Source of the DNA: Octopus sinensis
Taxonomy: Eukaryota
Reading direction: 5' to 3'
DNA: 64,000 nucleotides
Assembly (NCBI RefSeq): GCF_006345805.1
Contig: NC_043000.1
Location: 97,154,001-97,218,000, forward strand
Part shown: positions 1 through 12,905 of the stretch, one piece after another
Layout: each line of letters begins with the position of its first letter
How positions within the stretch are numbered: position 1 is the stretch's first letter
The notes under the pieces: generated by a model
The model's database searches: none
The model's input: only the letters and a program-made list of their open reading frames with translations
Told to the model about the DNA's origin: nothing
Made by a program: the position numbers and the translations under genes

Positions 1-610
1 TTATTTTTCACCCTTTCTGGTTTCTTCTCCTCTCCCTTTCACCGTTCCTCCTCCTCCTCCCTCTCGTCGCTGACCAGAGGGCTACTAACTTTCTTTCTGT
101 CTACTGCCTTCAACAAGTCAATATCAGCTTTTCTGTCCTCGTAAGCCGTTCTTCATAATGCGTTCAAATGAATTTTTCCAGCGTCTAGGCTTTAAAAAGC
201 CCTTATTGTTGGTTTTCTTGTCCTGTCTTTTACTGTTTTCAACTTTATTTGTACTATTTTTTTCTTTATTTGTATTGCTTTTACGTCCTGTTCTTGTCAC
301 CTTTTTTTATCCCTCCGCAAAAAAAAAAAAATATTTAATTCGCTTTGCGAGAAGGACTGTTTCAACGTAGTCGTGTTATGCCCTTACCTTCGAAACACGC
401 AATGAGTCGAAACAGGGGCAGCTGAAGAAGGGGAATGTTCCTTGTGTTGTTTGTCTTGTACTCTGTTTTTTCGTTGTTAAAAAAGCCCGTTTCCTTGTTT
501 TGTTTTTATCTTTTCGTTTCTCGTTGTGTTCTACGTTTATTTGTGGTGTCCTGTACCCATATATGCATGTATATATACATATAGATGTAGGTATGTACAT
601 ATATGTATGT
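1..610 (+). mobile_element. Penelope-like terminal repeat (pLTR-like), family A, running into a (TA)-rich tract
   Basis: Pyrimidine-rich 5' part, CTGAAGAAGG motif at 422 and T-rich tail ending in TA repeats. Homologous to the minus-strand copy at 26820-27365 (shared TTTGCGAGAAGGACTGTTT and GTCCT(G/C)TACCCATATATGCATGTATAT). Same layout as the GIY-YIG-bearing element at 32225-33415; no ORF here. Confidence 0.55.
357..433 (+). ncRNA. Candidate permuted/pseudoknotted hammerhead ribozyme
   Basis: Stem III CGTGT(372-376)/ACACG(395-399) following GAA at 392; GUU triplet 375-377; stem I TGCCC(379-383)/GGGCA(416-420) with an A378.G421 mismatch; CTGAAGA 422-428; stem II CTTC(388-391)/GGGG(430-433) with two G.U pairs; outer helix CTGTTTC(357-363)/GAAACAG(409-415). 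Confidence 0.5.
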
Positions 611-649
611 ATTTATGCATATGTTTTATTTATTAACTTGTTATATATA

Positions 650-870
650 TTTATATATAAAAGTAAGGTTGTGTGTCTGTCTACTCCGATTTAGATTCAT
701 AACTACTCCCACATTTTGCGGTGCAGTTTAACCAAAACCGGGTATCTTATAGTCGTGATTCATATCAAGCCCTTCTACGATGAGTCTACGATTTTAAAAA
801 TAATTTACCATAATTTTTTTCCATTTTAATGCATATTTTTTTTAATATAAGGGAAGTAACTCTCTAAAAA
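650..870 (+). mobile_element. Non-autonomous Helitron-like element, 5' fragment
   Basis: TATATATAAAAG..GTTGTGTGTCTGTCT start. Highly similar to the minus-strand copy at 58910-59227, which begins TCTATATATATAAAACTG, a Helitron-type 5' TC end. No 3' hairpin/CTAG seen. Confidence 0.45.
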
Positions 871-871
871 T

Positions 872-1058
872 AACTAACCCATAATTACATTGTCGGGTAC
901 AGTGTATTTCGGATTGCATTATTTTGTCTTTTTAAAAATGTAATTTAAAGGCGATTCAGCTATTATTTCTAGCAAGCTGAGCGAATATGTACGGATAAGA
1001 GGATATCTATTCCACATAAAACCACTGGCTGATTTGTTAACCCACGAATAAGAAGTAA

Positions 1059-1102
<44 letters not shown>

Positions 1103-1123
1103 TTACTTCTTTATTCGTGGGTT

Positions 1124-1192
<69 letters not shown>

Positions 1193-1389
1193 CATTACTT
1201 CTTTATTCGTGGGTTAACAAATCAGCCAGTGGTTTTATGTGGAATAGATATCCTCTTATCCGTACATATTCGCTCAACTTGCTAGAAATAATAGCTGAAT
1301 CGCCTTTAAATTACAGCCTACCTTTTTTAAAAAGACAAAATAATGCAATCCGAAATACACTGTACCCGACAATGTAATTATGGGTTAGT
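872..1389. repeat. ~190-bp inverted duplication centred on (TA)n
   Basis: 872-1063 is the reverse complement of 1191-1389 with a few differences. An extra ~30-bp piece (1099-1130) lies between two (TA)n tracts. Confidence 0.9.
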
Positions 1390-2949
1390 CACGGTTCATA
1401 TACAATCAGAGTTGAGCTGAGGTTAAATAATTATTTACAAAAGACACAAAATAATCTACTATCACGTTTCTGAAGAGTACGTCTTCAGATTCAGTTTTAT
1501 CACACATTCAAAAATCATGAAGGAATGTAGCGAAACACTACGAGTAGAGAAATGTCAATGTCAATTGCCTCAACAAAAAGGTGAAAGGTACGAGGACAAA
1601 ATATTAAGTGAAATGACAAATATGTGTTTCGAAACTGTTCGTAACTTTTCTTTCTTTCAGACACTATCAACATCTCTTACTTGCATTTTCTCTCATGCAC
1701 TGGAATATGTTGAAATACTTTACACCAGTAGTTCCGAAACGTCTTCAGGTTGTTGCCCTCTTGGCACTCAGGTGTCCCCACACACACACACATACTCACT
1801 ACCACAAACATAGACCACTTTCTGCAACAAATTCTAAACAACTATTTCACAATACTTAACCTATTTAACCCATTGTTATGTTGCTTTTACATGGCCCCCC
1901 TTTTGGCCACCCTATTGTCACCCCACTTTTTTCCATCGACCTGCCTCCCCCCATATCTCTTCGTCCAGGGTGGTGTGGGGACAGAGCCGTCCACTTTGGT
2001 AATCACTGTTTTACAACAATATTAAGTGAAATGGCACGACTGTGATTTGAAACCGCACTCGACTTACCGAGTGCTTATGGCACAGGTACAAGGTATTCAA
2101 CGAGCTCCTTTTGACTTTATATGCAATAACGTTTCACAGTTATCTTCGTAAACTGTGCAAATACAAAAACAAAACTTTCACCAGGCAATACTGGATTCAT
2201 TCCTTTATTGATTTCATCTCAGAGCTTCCTCCGGTTCCGTGGAGAGTGGAAAGTAACGTTTCTTTTATTGGGTTGGATATTTTCCAATAAAGCTATTGGT
2301 TCTACTTGAAATGGTTTCACTCTTCTCTGAAAGAGTAACCACAGCGAGTCACTACTTAAATATCTTCATCTTTTCTTTTCCTTTCTTTTCTTTTCTTTTA
2401 CTCTTTCATTCTGATTCCATTAATTTTGTCTGCTATATGCCTCAAAGGTTAATTTTTAGAACCTGTATAAATTCAATATAAATTTTAGAGTTTTACTTGT
2501 TTGGCAAAGGATTTGATCTGAGATCGGGTGTTGAAACTGAACAATTACAAAGGTATACGCCTGTTTTAAATAGATATTAGAATAGATTCTACCACGATAC
2601 AATAGCGTCAATATAAATTGTTTTCTATTATCTCTAACTCAGGTTTACAGGTTACTCCTTAATAAAAATGCTTCAATTGATCCTGCTATTACATCTTTTA
2701 TATATTTATTTATTTATTTACTTCTCTTTATACATTATATTTGTCTGTATAGAAGACTACTGCAGGTTTATTAGATTCAGAAAAGGGAAGTACTATTTCT
2801 TCCTCAAGTTTAATAAATATGAATGTCTATATATTAACTAAACATCCACCCACCTCTGCAACTTCTCAGACTCTTTGGGTATGTTACTAATTTTAGGAAA
2901 TCTTGAGTCGTTTTTCCTTTAATTACACCGTGATTTTGCTTGTTTTTAA

Positions 2950-5290
2950 ATTTTCTAATGACTTAAATGAGAAAGACTAACGCTCAGGGACTATTTAATG
3001 ATCTTCGAATCTCTGAGACAAGTAGTAAGAAGAAAGTTATCCTGACCAAAGACCTGTCCCGAATTCTAACAATAGTTTACAGTCCGCTAAAAAGCTGTCG
3101 CAGAAAGAAACGTTCACGCTTACTGGAGTATACAATATTTACTATTCCAGCCGTATCTTTAAACCTAATGTCAAGCTCCCTTCAAACAGGGGTCCCTTGT
3201 TTCCTAATCAATATTACTTATTTTTCCCGATATAGTAGAGCGAAACCTAATGGTTCAACAGTGTTTGATAAAATAATTATGCTAGCACAGGTTATAAGCA
3301 TTGTATCCTATCGATGCTGTTGTTGCACTGAGCCATTACTGTAGCGACATAAACTGAATGGTCATTTCTAAAATGGACATCAATTTGTTCAATGCTGGAG
3401 TAACCTTCATAAATGAAAAGGGCAAAAATGCACCAGTTCCCCAAGAGCTAGGAAATATCCATTTCTACTCTAGGAACAAAGCCCGAAATGTTGGGGATAG
3501 GGCCCAGTCGATTAGATCAACCCCTGTACGCAACTAGTACTTAATTTATCGATCCTGAAAGGATGAAAGACAAAGTCGATCTCGGCGGAATTTGAACTCA
3601 GAGCATAACGGCAGACAAAATACCTATTTCTTTACTACCCACAAGGGACTAAACACAGAGAGGACAAACAAGGACAGACAAACGGATTAAGTCAATTATA
3701 TCGACTCCAGTACGTAACTGGTACTTAATTTATCGACCCCGAAAGGATGAAAGGCAAAGTCGACCTCGGCGGAATTTGAACTCAGAACGTAGCGGCAGAC
3801 GATATACCGCTAAGCATTTCGTCCGGCATGCTAACGTTTCTGCCAGCTCGCCGCCTTAAGAGCTAGGATATATAATCGGAGATGTTTTGCTGCGTTGCAA
3901 CACTTGTTGATTCACTTTCTGCGGAAATTAGCAATGTTGTGCGCATTAAATGTCTTGGTCTGGAGTGGACAGTAGTGAACACTTCAATCTATTTCCAATT
4001 TCATGCTGTCTAACCAAGGTTTGGAAGTTTTCAACCTCTGTTCCTCGTTTTCTCTAATTAACAAAGCCACACTTGCTTTTGTATCCTCTTCATAACTGAC
4101 GACCATTTGGTGTATTTGTCATTTTTCATGCAAGGCCAATTACTGTTGAAGGTACCACCGAAAGTATAAACCATCTCGGGTTGAACAATATAGTAGATTT
4201 CTATGTTTCTACTAGGGCCTAAAAGTACTGATGATTAAATAAAATCATATTAACTGGAATGAATTTAACTTGTTGACCAGATCGAGTTGTAAGCAAGTAG
4301 CAATCCACTTTTTAGCTATTATTTTGGTATACATATGGCACTCGACAGATTAAAATAGTTGCCATTCGATAACCAAATTCATTCAACCCACCTCAATTTT
4401 AAATGCAAAGCCCTAGCTTTGAAATCATGCCTGTGAATATATGTTTGACCTGAATGGATCTTTTCTTAAATTTCTTTTCATGTATGGTTTCAAGTAAGTT
4501 ACAAAGAGATATAGGCGACTACAACAACGAACATTCATTACATCCTCTGTTTATTCGTGGATGCATCGAGAGTTACCAATAACACTTGAAATAATTCTGG
4601 ATTGACCAAGATCTCCTGCTACATTATTATTGATTGTATCTGGTAAATGCACGCAAGAGTGTGCTCTAAGTTGTTTTTTCTACAAGTTCTAATGTAGCAC
4701 ACTGTCTCAGTGTCATCTTAGTAAACACCTTGTGCAAAAAGCTGAGACTATCCGTTCAATGTAAGTGATCGAAAACGCATAGGAGTTTAGATTTTGAAGT
4801 TTAGATGTTGAAGAATTTTATCCAACCGAAGTGTTAGCCATTTTCACCATTAGCATATAGAAGATTTTTCCGTCTCTTTCGCCATTTGATTTTTTTTCAC
4901 TTATGATGATAGCAACATCATTGCATTCAGCTTTATTAAAACAGTAGGTCTGATTTTCTGTTTTCGAGAGGTTTTTTTTGTTTTCATCAATAGTAATTTG
5001 AAACTCCTTGGAGGATGCAGACTCCAATGCATACTAAAAACTTTTGACAGAACTGTTCTTTACATTATCATTTGCGGTTTAAGAATCAAGTCAAACCTAA
5101 AGAGATAGTGTTATGTAACTGATCTGTTTCTGAAGTCACCAATGCATTTATTGAGGAGAGGCTAAAGTAAACAAAGTTATTGTAGATTTCGCTTTCTACT
5201 TTAAAGGTTAGCATACATTTCCCTTTCTTGAGATATTTCCACAGGAAAACATTTGGAAAGTAGAACTGCATATTCTGATGTTCTGCCAAG
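2950..5290 (-). mobile_element. Highly decayed Gypsy/Ty3-like pol (RT-RNaseH-integrase order), interrupted by a SINE
   Basis: Minus-strand translations in order: FPNVFLWKYLKKGKCMLTF...ISLGL (resembles RT SPxVLVxKKDGxxRLCVD...SxLDL); ALESASSKEFQ (GLxSAPxxFQ); ILVNPELFQVLLVTLDAS (RNase H VTxDAS); VVPSTVIGLA and LLNH*VSLY (integrase-like). Many stops and frameshifts. Confidence 0.4.
3458..3857 (-). mobile_element. Dimeric tRNA-derived SINE (Meta-SINE-like core) with a 15-bp target-site duplication
   Basis: Head AAGGCGGCGAGCTGGCAGAA, box B GAGTTCAAATTCC, core CTTTCATCCTTTCGGGGTCGATAAATTAAGTACC present twice. Flanked by AAGAGCTAGGA(A/T)ATA at 3443-3457 and 3858-3872. Confidence 0.85.
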
Positions 5291-8200
5291 AATGAGATTC
5301 CTTAGTTGTGACAGTAACAAGTACTTTTGAGGCATAGATTGATCATCAAGGGCTAGGAGGTTAGCGCTACTATTAAAGTAACATATTCTGTTATTCTTTT
5401 ATTCTTTTGCCTGTTTCAGTTATTTGACTGCGGCCATGCTGTAGCTTCGCTTTGAAGGGTTTTAAACGAACAAATCGACATGACTTATTTTTCAGAAGCA
5501 TAGCCATGTCTTGGATCGTAGTTTCATTGTTTCTCAATGTATACCCCAGAGCTGACCTGTCTTACTCTTTAAGGTTTCTGCCTTATATGACGCTTCTATG
5601 GGGTTTTATTGTGTCTATGTGTAACCTGTCTAGCAGCATTCTGTTCGAGGCAATCCTCACGATATCAGGTGCCTCCAGAAGTCTGTCTGTCGGTATTGTA
5701 TTCAAGATGTGTCTCTGGTTAATCAGACAATCCCAGTTGTCTATTTGCATCTTGTCAAAATGATTCTTTTAATGTTGATCCATTCTTACATTTTTAGTCT
5801 CAACTCTTTTCCAAGCTGCATCATTGGCAACAGTGAATGTAAATGCAAGACATTTTTTACGTGGAATTCTGACGGAAATATCATTAATTCAAACCAATTA
5901 TAAGTGGTAAGAGACAGACACAAATGATTTGTGAATATGAACACTTTCTAAGTTTAGCAACAATGGGAACAGAAGTATAAACATGGTGATTAATTAGGAA
6001 ATAGAAAGAAGCAGATGAAGAAGAAAAATTGTGAGGAAACAACCGCTATAAATAAATAATATTTCATCTTTTATGGGGGGTCCGAAAATATCTATATATA
6101 ATCAGTCAACATATTTAACCAAACATTTTGTGTGAAGGAATTATGTTTAAAAACGAGCATTCTGTATTCTTTTTAAAGCTGGCTCTAAGTCTGACATCCA
6201 CTCATTTCCTTGCATGTTCACGTGTGTGCGTGCAAGAAGCGGGACAATTTTCTATTTTCTTTACTTCATTTTAGTGTGCTATTTCTAGACACGTCAAAAA
6301 TTGAAGTTTTGGCTATGTAAGTCACGCATGTAACTGTAATGACTAGTCGTAGACTTGTGAAAAGTTGCAAACATAAACCAATTTGTAACTGGCTAGGTAC
6401 AGCCTGTTTGGAGAAGATGCGCTTATCTTAAGCTTCTCCATTTTAACTCTCATGTTATTGTTGATTTTCAACAAAACTATGGCAAAATGATCGAACAAAA
6501 CTATGGCAAAATGCTGTCTGTGGCTGACTTCGGAGTCGGAGAAGGAAAATAAAGAAGATATGTTAAAACATTGCTCTAGTGATAGAGGCAAGTGAGAGGA
6601 AATAAGAGGGGGGATTAGAATGAGTGTCTTTAAGATGGGTTAAAATGATTAGAATAGCAACGGAAGAATAAATATAAACAGTAGTGGAGTTGTTAAAACT
6701 TTCAATGACGTGCAAGAAGATGCAGAAACATAAATCGCAGAGATTCAGCACTGCAAGGGAAGCGGAGATGTGGGCGATAGTTACATAAAAAAAGACTGAG
6801 ATGAGATGAAAGTGAGTTGATGTGCTGGAAGAGATACTTAGAGCACTATGAAAGGTGTACGTACACAGACACACACTTTCTCAAATATACGTGTGTGTGT
6901 GTTTGTACGCGCGCATGTGTGAATGTTTTCCTGTGGTAATGCGTGTGTGTGAGCGAGAAAGAGTGAGAGAGAGGTGGTTTTTCTTGTAAACGTTTTTCAT
7001 TTGTCAGAATTATCTAAATATTCATAGATTCTTGCCTCGGTGATGTAGTGAAATCGTTCGTCGTGTTTTAATTAGACATTATATGGATATATGTTAATCT
7101 CTCTATGTTGTTATTAGTGTTTTAAATTGCAGTACGTTCCGTCGCTATTCTACAATCCACGTTATCTAAATCAAAGTGTCAAAGTTTGCTCTGTAATATG
7201 TCAATAGGCCAATATTAATAAGCGCACGCTAAGACTTTTACTAATGATCTATAAATATTTTCGTGGCATTTATCCAATAGCTATTTGAAAGCATTTTTCT
7301 TTTCTTCCATTCCTATCAAAATCTCGAATACATTAGCTGACTCGAAAACGAATGATTATTTTCAAGCAGTAGATATAGTGACAAATCTTTCTTTTATTAC
7401 GATTCCAGTTATTGGAATGCGCTTTTGGTTTATCTCTTGCCGTTTAGGTGAATAGACATATTCAAACGCTACAATAATAATTTGTTATTCAGCAGCTTTT
7501 ATTTCTTAGTTTCTAGAATCAATCACATCGACTACTCTAATACTTTGATACCAAACGAACAATAATATTTTGTTCTTTGTTGTTCTTCTGTCTAGTATTT
7601 CTTTCCCCAACACTGAAATTCTTATAGCCATCCTTTAGATACCATTTTGGTGTTCATTCATCAAAAATGAGAAGCAAAATGGCGACTAACTGACCTCCAG
7701 TTTTACACATCTGCTTCAGTGAGGTATAACAGACTATAGTAGTCTAGAAACGAGATAACACTTATATTGATAAAGAGCACAGATAGATATTTATTCTTTG
7801 TGTCATGGTTTGATATATTCAGAAGAAAACATATCGATGGAACTGAACTAAAATTACAAACTTATTTTGTGGGTTTCGATTCTCGATTATAAACTCTTCA
7901 TTTTATTATTTAAAAAAAAAAGATGTATAATAGGTGCTGAAAACAAATTCAAGGTTCATAGAAAGTGCATCGTTTATCAGACTTTCAACATCTAGAAAAT
8001 AGACAGTTTGGATTGAAGTGATATCAGTTTATTCTCTGACGGTTTGTCGTATCTGTTGTACTTATGAACGTTGGCATAACACACTTGTTCTGTTATCTTC
8101 ATATTACGACACAGACGAGAACAACTACTTTTGCCCAAGAATATAAAAACATCGAAAAGAATATTGTGTTGAATATGGTCCGAGCAAATCAAAATATCAA

Positions 8201-8294
8201 CTCATAAAATATGATGATAACAGTAACAACAATACTATACACTATTCAAAAAATAGAGGTACCAAGGATCAACTCCTGATAGGCAAAAACTTTA

Positions 8295-10147
8295 CATAGA
8301 GACTGCAAGAGGAGGGAAAGTAACTTAGCCATCGACTATCGTAAGGCGTACGATATGATCCCACACTCTTGGATTATGGAGTGTATGAACCTATTTGGTA
8401 TTGCATCGAATGTTGAGCTATTGCTTGGAAAAAGTATGGCGAATTGGAGGACGAACCTGAGAGCATACAGAAGAAGTTTAGGGACTGTAGATATCAGGAG
8501 GGGCATCTTCCAAGGGGACTGCCTGTCCCCACTGATCTTTGTACTGTACTTGATACCACTAACACTGATTCTGAGGAAAGCAAAAGCTGGATAAGTATTC
8601 AAAAGCCGCCAACAAAATGTCAACCATTTGTTATTCATGGATGACCAAACTTTATGGTAAAGATGAAGCCCAAGTCAGTTCCCTCGTTGATACGGTGTAT
8701 ACTTTCAGTGTTGATATCAGAATGGAGTTCGACTGAGAAAGTGTGGTGTGATAGTCTTGAAGCGAGGCAAATTCAAATGTATGGACGGGCTATCAATACC
8801 GTCGGGGGAGGTTATGAAGCAGATAGAAGAGACGGGCTATAAGTACTTGGGGATTCTGGAAATGGATAAAATGATGGAGAAAGAAATGACAGAAAAATTT
8901 AAAGTGGAGTACTTGCGCAGACTGAGACTGATACTTAAGTCGAAATTAAACGGACGGAATAAGATCGAAGCTATCAACACCTGGGCGGTTTCACTCTTTA
9001 GATATGGAGTAGAGGTAATCAAATGGACAGTAGACGAACTAAACAGCTTAGACAGAAAGAGAAGGAAACTGCTAACTAGAAATGGAACACTCCACCCATA
9101 AAGTGACGCAGACATACTATATGTACCAAGAAAAAGAGGGGGAAGAGGGCTTATTGGATGCGAACACAGCATTAGAGCAAAAGAAAACAACATAGCATAG
9201 TATGTAAAAATGCCAAACAACCGCTATTATTAGAAGTAAGAAGGTCAGGCTTGTGTAGGATGAAAGATTGAAAAGTTAAAGCAATGTACAAGCAATTGAA
9301 AACGAATGAAACTGAAAATAGGTGGATAAAGAAGAGAATGCATGGACAATCTCATAGGGATGTTGAAGATAAGACATACAAAGAAAAAGGATGGCTGTAG
9401 ATGACTAAAAGTGATTTAAAACCGGAATCAGGCTCTAATCTGTGCTGCCCAAGTGTAAGCACTAAGAACAAATTACATAAAATACAGAATAGACAACACA
9501 TCAGAAAGTGATAAGAGCAGATTTTGTGGACAAAATGGTGAAACCAGTCAATGAATGCCACTAACCCAGAAGGAATGTAAGAGACGCCACGACAATATAG
9601 CAAGGCTTGTCCATTGGACACTTTGCAACAAGTATGGACTTAACAGAGCAAAAATTGGCACGACCACAAACCTGAAGGCATCATTGGAAATGATAATGCA
9701 AAGATCCTGTGTGATTTTATGATTCAGTGCAACCATGGGATAGAAAATAGGAAGCCAGACATAGTAGTAATTGAGAAAGAAAGCAAGCTATGCTGGATCA
9801 TAGATATAGCATGCCCAGCTGACAACAAGGTAAGCGATAAAGAAGAAAGAAAAGTCGATAGATATGACAGGTTAGCTTGGGAAGTTAAGCAGTTGTGGTC
9901 GATGAAAAAGGTGGTAGTAGTACCAATAATCGTTGGAGCCCTGGAAACAGCGAGTAAAAATCTTGAGAAGTACATAGAACAAATAGGGGCTGCAATAAGG
10001 GTGGAGCATTTGCAGAAAACAGCACTTCTTGGAGTCGCTCGAATACTCCGGATGGTGCTCCAAAAATAAGGGGTGTTACCTTAGTTCACTGGTAGTGAAC
10101 AGCTGACACCGTAGTACGTCTCCGGCGTTAGAAGCTGTGCAAATGCA
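8295..10147 (+). mobile_element. 5'-truncated R4/Dong-like RLE LINE, degenerate
   Basis: IDYRKAYDMIPH, RRGIFQGDCLSPLIF, HLLFMDD, YKYLG (RT); RHD and KPDIVV..IIDIACP (PD-(D/E)xK restriction-like endonuclease); stop at 10069, short 3'UTR, then (TAA)n. Confidence 0.9.
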
Positions 10148-10406
<259 letters not shown>

Positions 10407-12105
10407 AAAGACGATAATGAATTTGAAGGCCTATTGCGCAGTGTGAAAGCATTCAGCGATGACATCGGGATGGAGTTTGGGCTTGAGAAGTGTGCCAAGG
10501 CCACTTTCCAGAAAGGGAAAGTGAAGACCACAAATTCAGTCGTGTTAGATGTTGATACAGTCATAAGAGAGCTTGAGCAAGAATAAACATACAAATATTT
10601 ATGGATAAATGAAGACTCTGGTATTCAGCGTGCAAGCATGAAAGAGAAGATCAGGAAGGAATGTTATAGGAGAGATCGTGCAGTCCTGAAATCTGAACTA
10701 AATGCACGTAATAAGGTGTTAGCTATAAATTTCTTAGCGGTTCCAGTTGTTACTTATAGCTACAATGTGTTGAACTGGAATATGAGTGAAGTAAAGAATA
10801 TAGATAGGAAAATACGCAAGCTGCTGAGTTGTAATAGGATGCACCACCCAAAGGCAAACGTAGATCGCCTTTACCTTCCCAGAGTCCAAGGAGGTCGGGG
10901 TCTGATCCAATTTGAACTAGCTTACAAAACAACCACAATTGGACTGGCTAAATATCTTGAAATAACGAATGACTGGATGCTAAAGCTCGTGGAAAATCAC
11001 GAGAGACGAAAGAAGCTTTATTCTATCATAAAGGAAAGCAAAAAATTTGCTATTGATCTCGTGCAGGATACCCAAACTAAACAACCCGAGGGAAGTACAG
11101 CAACTATTGTTGCAAAGAAGGTGAAAATAATGGCAACGAAAAAAGCGCACGAGCAATTGGCTGATAGGTGGGAGGAGAAACCTCTGCACGGCAACTATGT
11201 GGCCCGTAGCAAACAAGCTGATGTTGACCAGAAGCAAACCCATCAGTGGCTACGGAGCTCAGGGCTAAAAGCAGAGAGCGAAGGTTTCATCCTGGCCGCT
11301 CAAGATCAAAGCCTATTAACCCGGAACTACCAGGCCAATGTGATGAAAAATGGAGCAGACCCAAAATGCCGATTCTGCAACGACATGATTGAAACAGTGG
11401 ACCACCTAATCTCTGGATGTGAAGTCTTAGCACCAGTGGAGTATAAATTAAGACATGACAGAGCTGTCCAATATCTACACTGGCTAATAAGTCGGCATTA
11501 CAATATCAAAACTGCCGACAAGTGGTATAATCACCACCCTGAAGCTGTAACTGAAGGAGAAAATGTAACGATTCTGTGGGACTTTCCAGTACATACAGAC
11601 CGAACCATCAAAGCCAATAAACCAGATATTGTTGTGAAAGACCAAAACAATAAAGTTTGCTTATTGATCGACATGAGCATCCCCTGTGATCATAATATCT
11701 CGGCGAAAGAGTTTGACAAGCTCAGAAAATATAAAGACCTGTTCATTGAAATTGAGAAAATGTGGCATCTCAAGGCGGTTATAATACCAGTGATCGTAGG
11801 AGGACGAGGAATGATCAAGAAGGGAACCGAAAATTATATGAGAATGATCCCTGGCTTACCATCCCTGCAAGAAGTGCAAAAGATTGTCTTAACTGGTACA
11901 TCACACGTATTGAGAAGAGCATTGTCGATGTGAGAACTATTACTACCCATGTATTTTAATTTAACTTTATTCCTATAAAAAAAAAATGAACGAGCTAGTG
12001 AGTTTAGTTTAATGGCCTACCAATGTAAACTATGAGTTTCTTTGCCCTAGGAGTCGGGAAGACACTCGGCAAGAAATGGAAGCAAATTTGAAAGAAGAGG
12101 AAAAA
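10407..12105 (+). mobile_element. 5'-truncated R4/Dong-like RLE LINE, young copy
   Basis: Begins inside RT (FSDDIGMEFGLEKCAK), continues through the 431-aa ORF and 3'UTR, and is flanked by TAA repeats. Near-identical to 50661-52035. Confidence 0.92.
10638..11933 (+). CDS. C-terminal part of a LINE ORF (RT thumb, CCHC zinc knuckle, RLE endonuclease); N-terminally truncated
   Basis: RLYLPRVQGGRGL, CRFCNDMIETVDHLISGC, RHD, KPDIVVKD..LIDMSIP..KLRKY motifs in an open 431-aa frame. Confidence 0.8.
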   Translation: MKEKIRKECYRRDRAVLKSELNARNKVLAINFLAVPVVTYSYNVLNWNMSEVKNIDRKIRKLLSCNRMHHPKANVDRLYLPRVQGGRGLIQFELAYKTTTIGLAKYLEITNDWMLKLVENHERRKKLYSIIKESKKFAIDLVQDTQTKQPEGSTATIVAKKVKIMATKKAHEQLADRWEEKPLHGNYVARSKQADVDQKQTHQWLRSSGLKAESEGFILAAQDQSLLTRNYQANVMKNGADPKCRFCNDMIETVDHLISGCEVLAPVEYKLRHDRAVQYLHWLISRHYNIKTADKWYNHHPEAVTEGENVTILWDFPVHTDRTIKANKPDIVVKDQNNKVCLLIDMSIPCDHNISAKEFDKLRKYKDLFIEIEKMWHLKAVIIPVIVGGRGMIKKGTENYMRMIPGLPSLQEVQKIVLTGTSHVLRRALSM

Positions 12106-12269
12106 AAAGATAACAATAATAATAATAATAATCGACCATTTACTTGTGACAAGGAAGTGGATAGGGAAATTATAAAGTGGATTGCAAAAAATCTTTTGGA
12201 GATATGCAAAGTGAAAAGCTATGTTGAAATGAAGGAAAGTTACATATAGCAAGCAAATATATATCTTTT

Positions 12270-12502
12270 ATCTTTTATTTGTTTCAGTTATTAGGCCACG
12301 GCTATGCTGGGCACCGCTTTGAATATTTTTTGTCGAATGAATCGACCCAGGACTTAGTGTTTTTATGCTTTGTACTTATTCTATCGCACTCTTTTGCCGA
12401 ACCGCTAAGTTACGTGGAGGCAAACACACCAACACCGGTTATCAAGAGGTTATCAAGAGTTATACATACATACATACATACATACATACATACATACATA
12501 CA

Positions 12503-12533
<31 letters not shown>

Positions 12534-12905
12534 CGTGGGTATTATGCAAAAGTGTCGTAAGTCCAAAACGTTGCTTTTTCAGAAAACGTAAAAGGTGTTT
12601 CACCATTCCATAGCAAAACCGTTGTACTAAACTGCGACAATTTTTGATATTTTGGCTTCTGAAGCAGCTGGAAATGCGATAGTTGGACAAAAAGAACCGG
12701 CTATTGCATGCAAAAATAAATATTGAAAAAACGCATTTGGCCAAATTTGGACATACAGCAGTTTAACATAGTCTATCAAATTCACTCACAAAGCTTTGGT
12801 CGGATCGACGCTAAACTAGAAGACACTTGCCCAAGGTGCCATGCAATGAGACTGAGCCCGGAACCATGCGGTTGGGGAACAATCTTTTTATCACACAGCA
12901 ACACC
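12270..12905 (-). mobile_element. tRNA-derived CORE-like SINE (family 2), split by (TACA)n and an insertion
   Basis: Matches the full copy at 30848-31292 (GGCACCTTGGGCAAGTGTCTTC, AACTTAGCGGTTCGGCAAAAGAG). Confidence 0.7.

Noticed and set aside
1466-1490. TCTGAAGA-GTACG-TCTTCAGA hairpin with CTGAAGA on both strands
   Set aside because: No consistent stems I-III on either strand.
6500-6860. Possible Penelope N-terminal coding relic on the minus strand
   Set aside because: Only vague motif resemblance; cannot be supported without a search.
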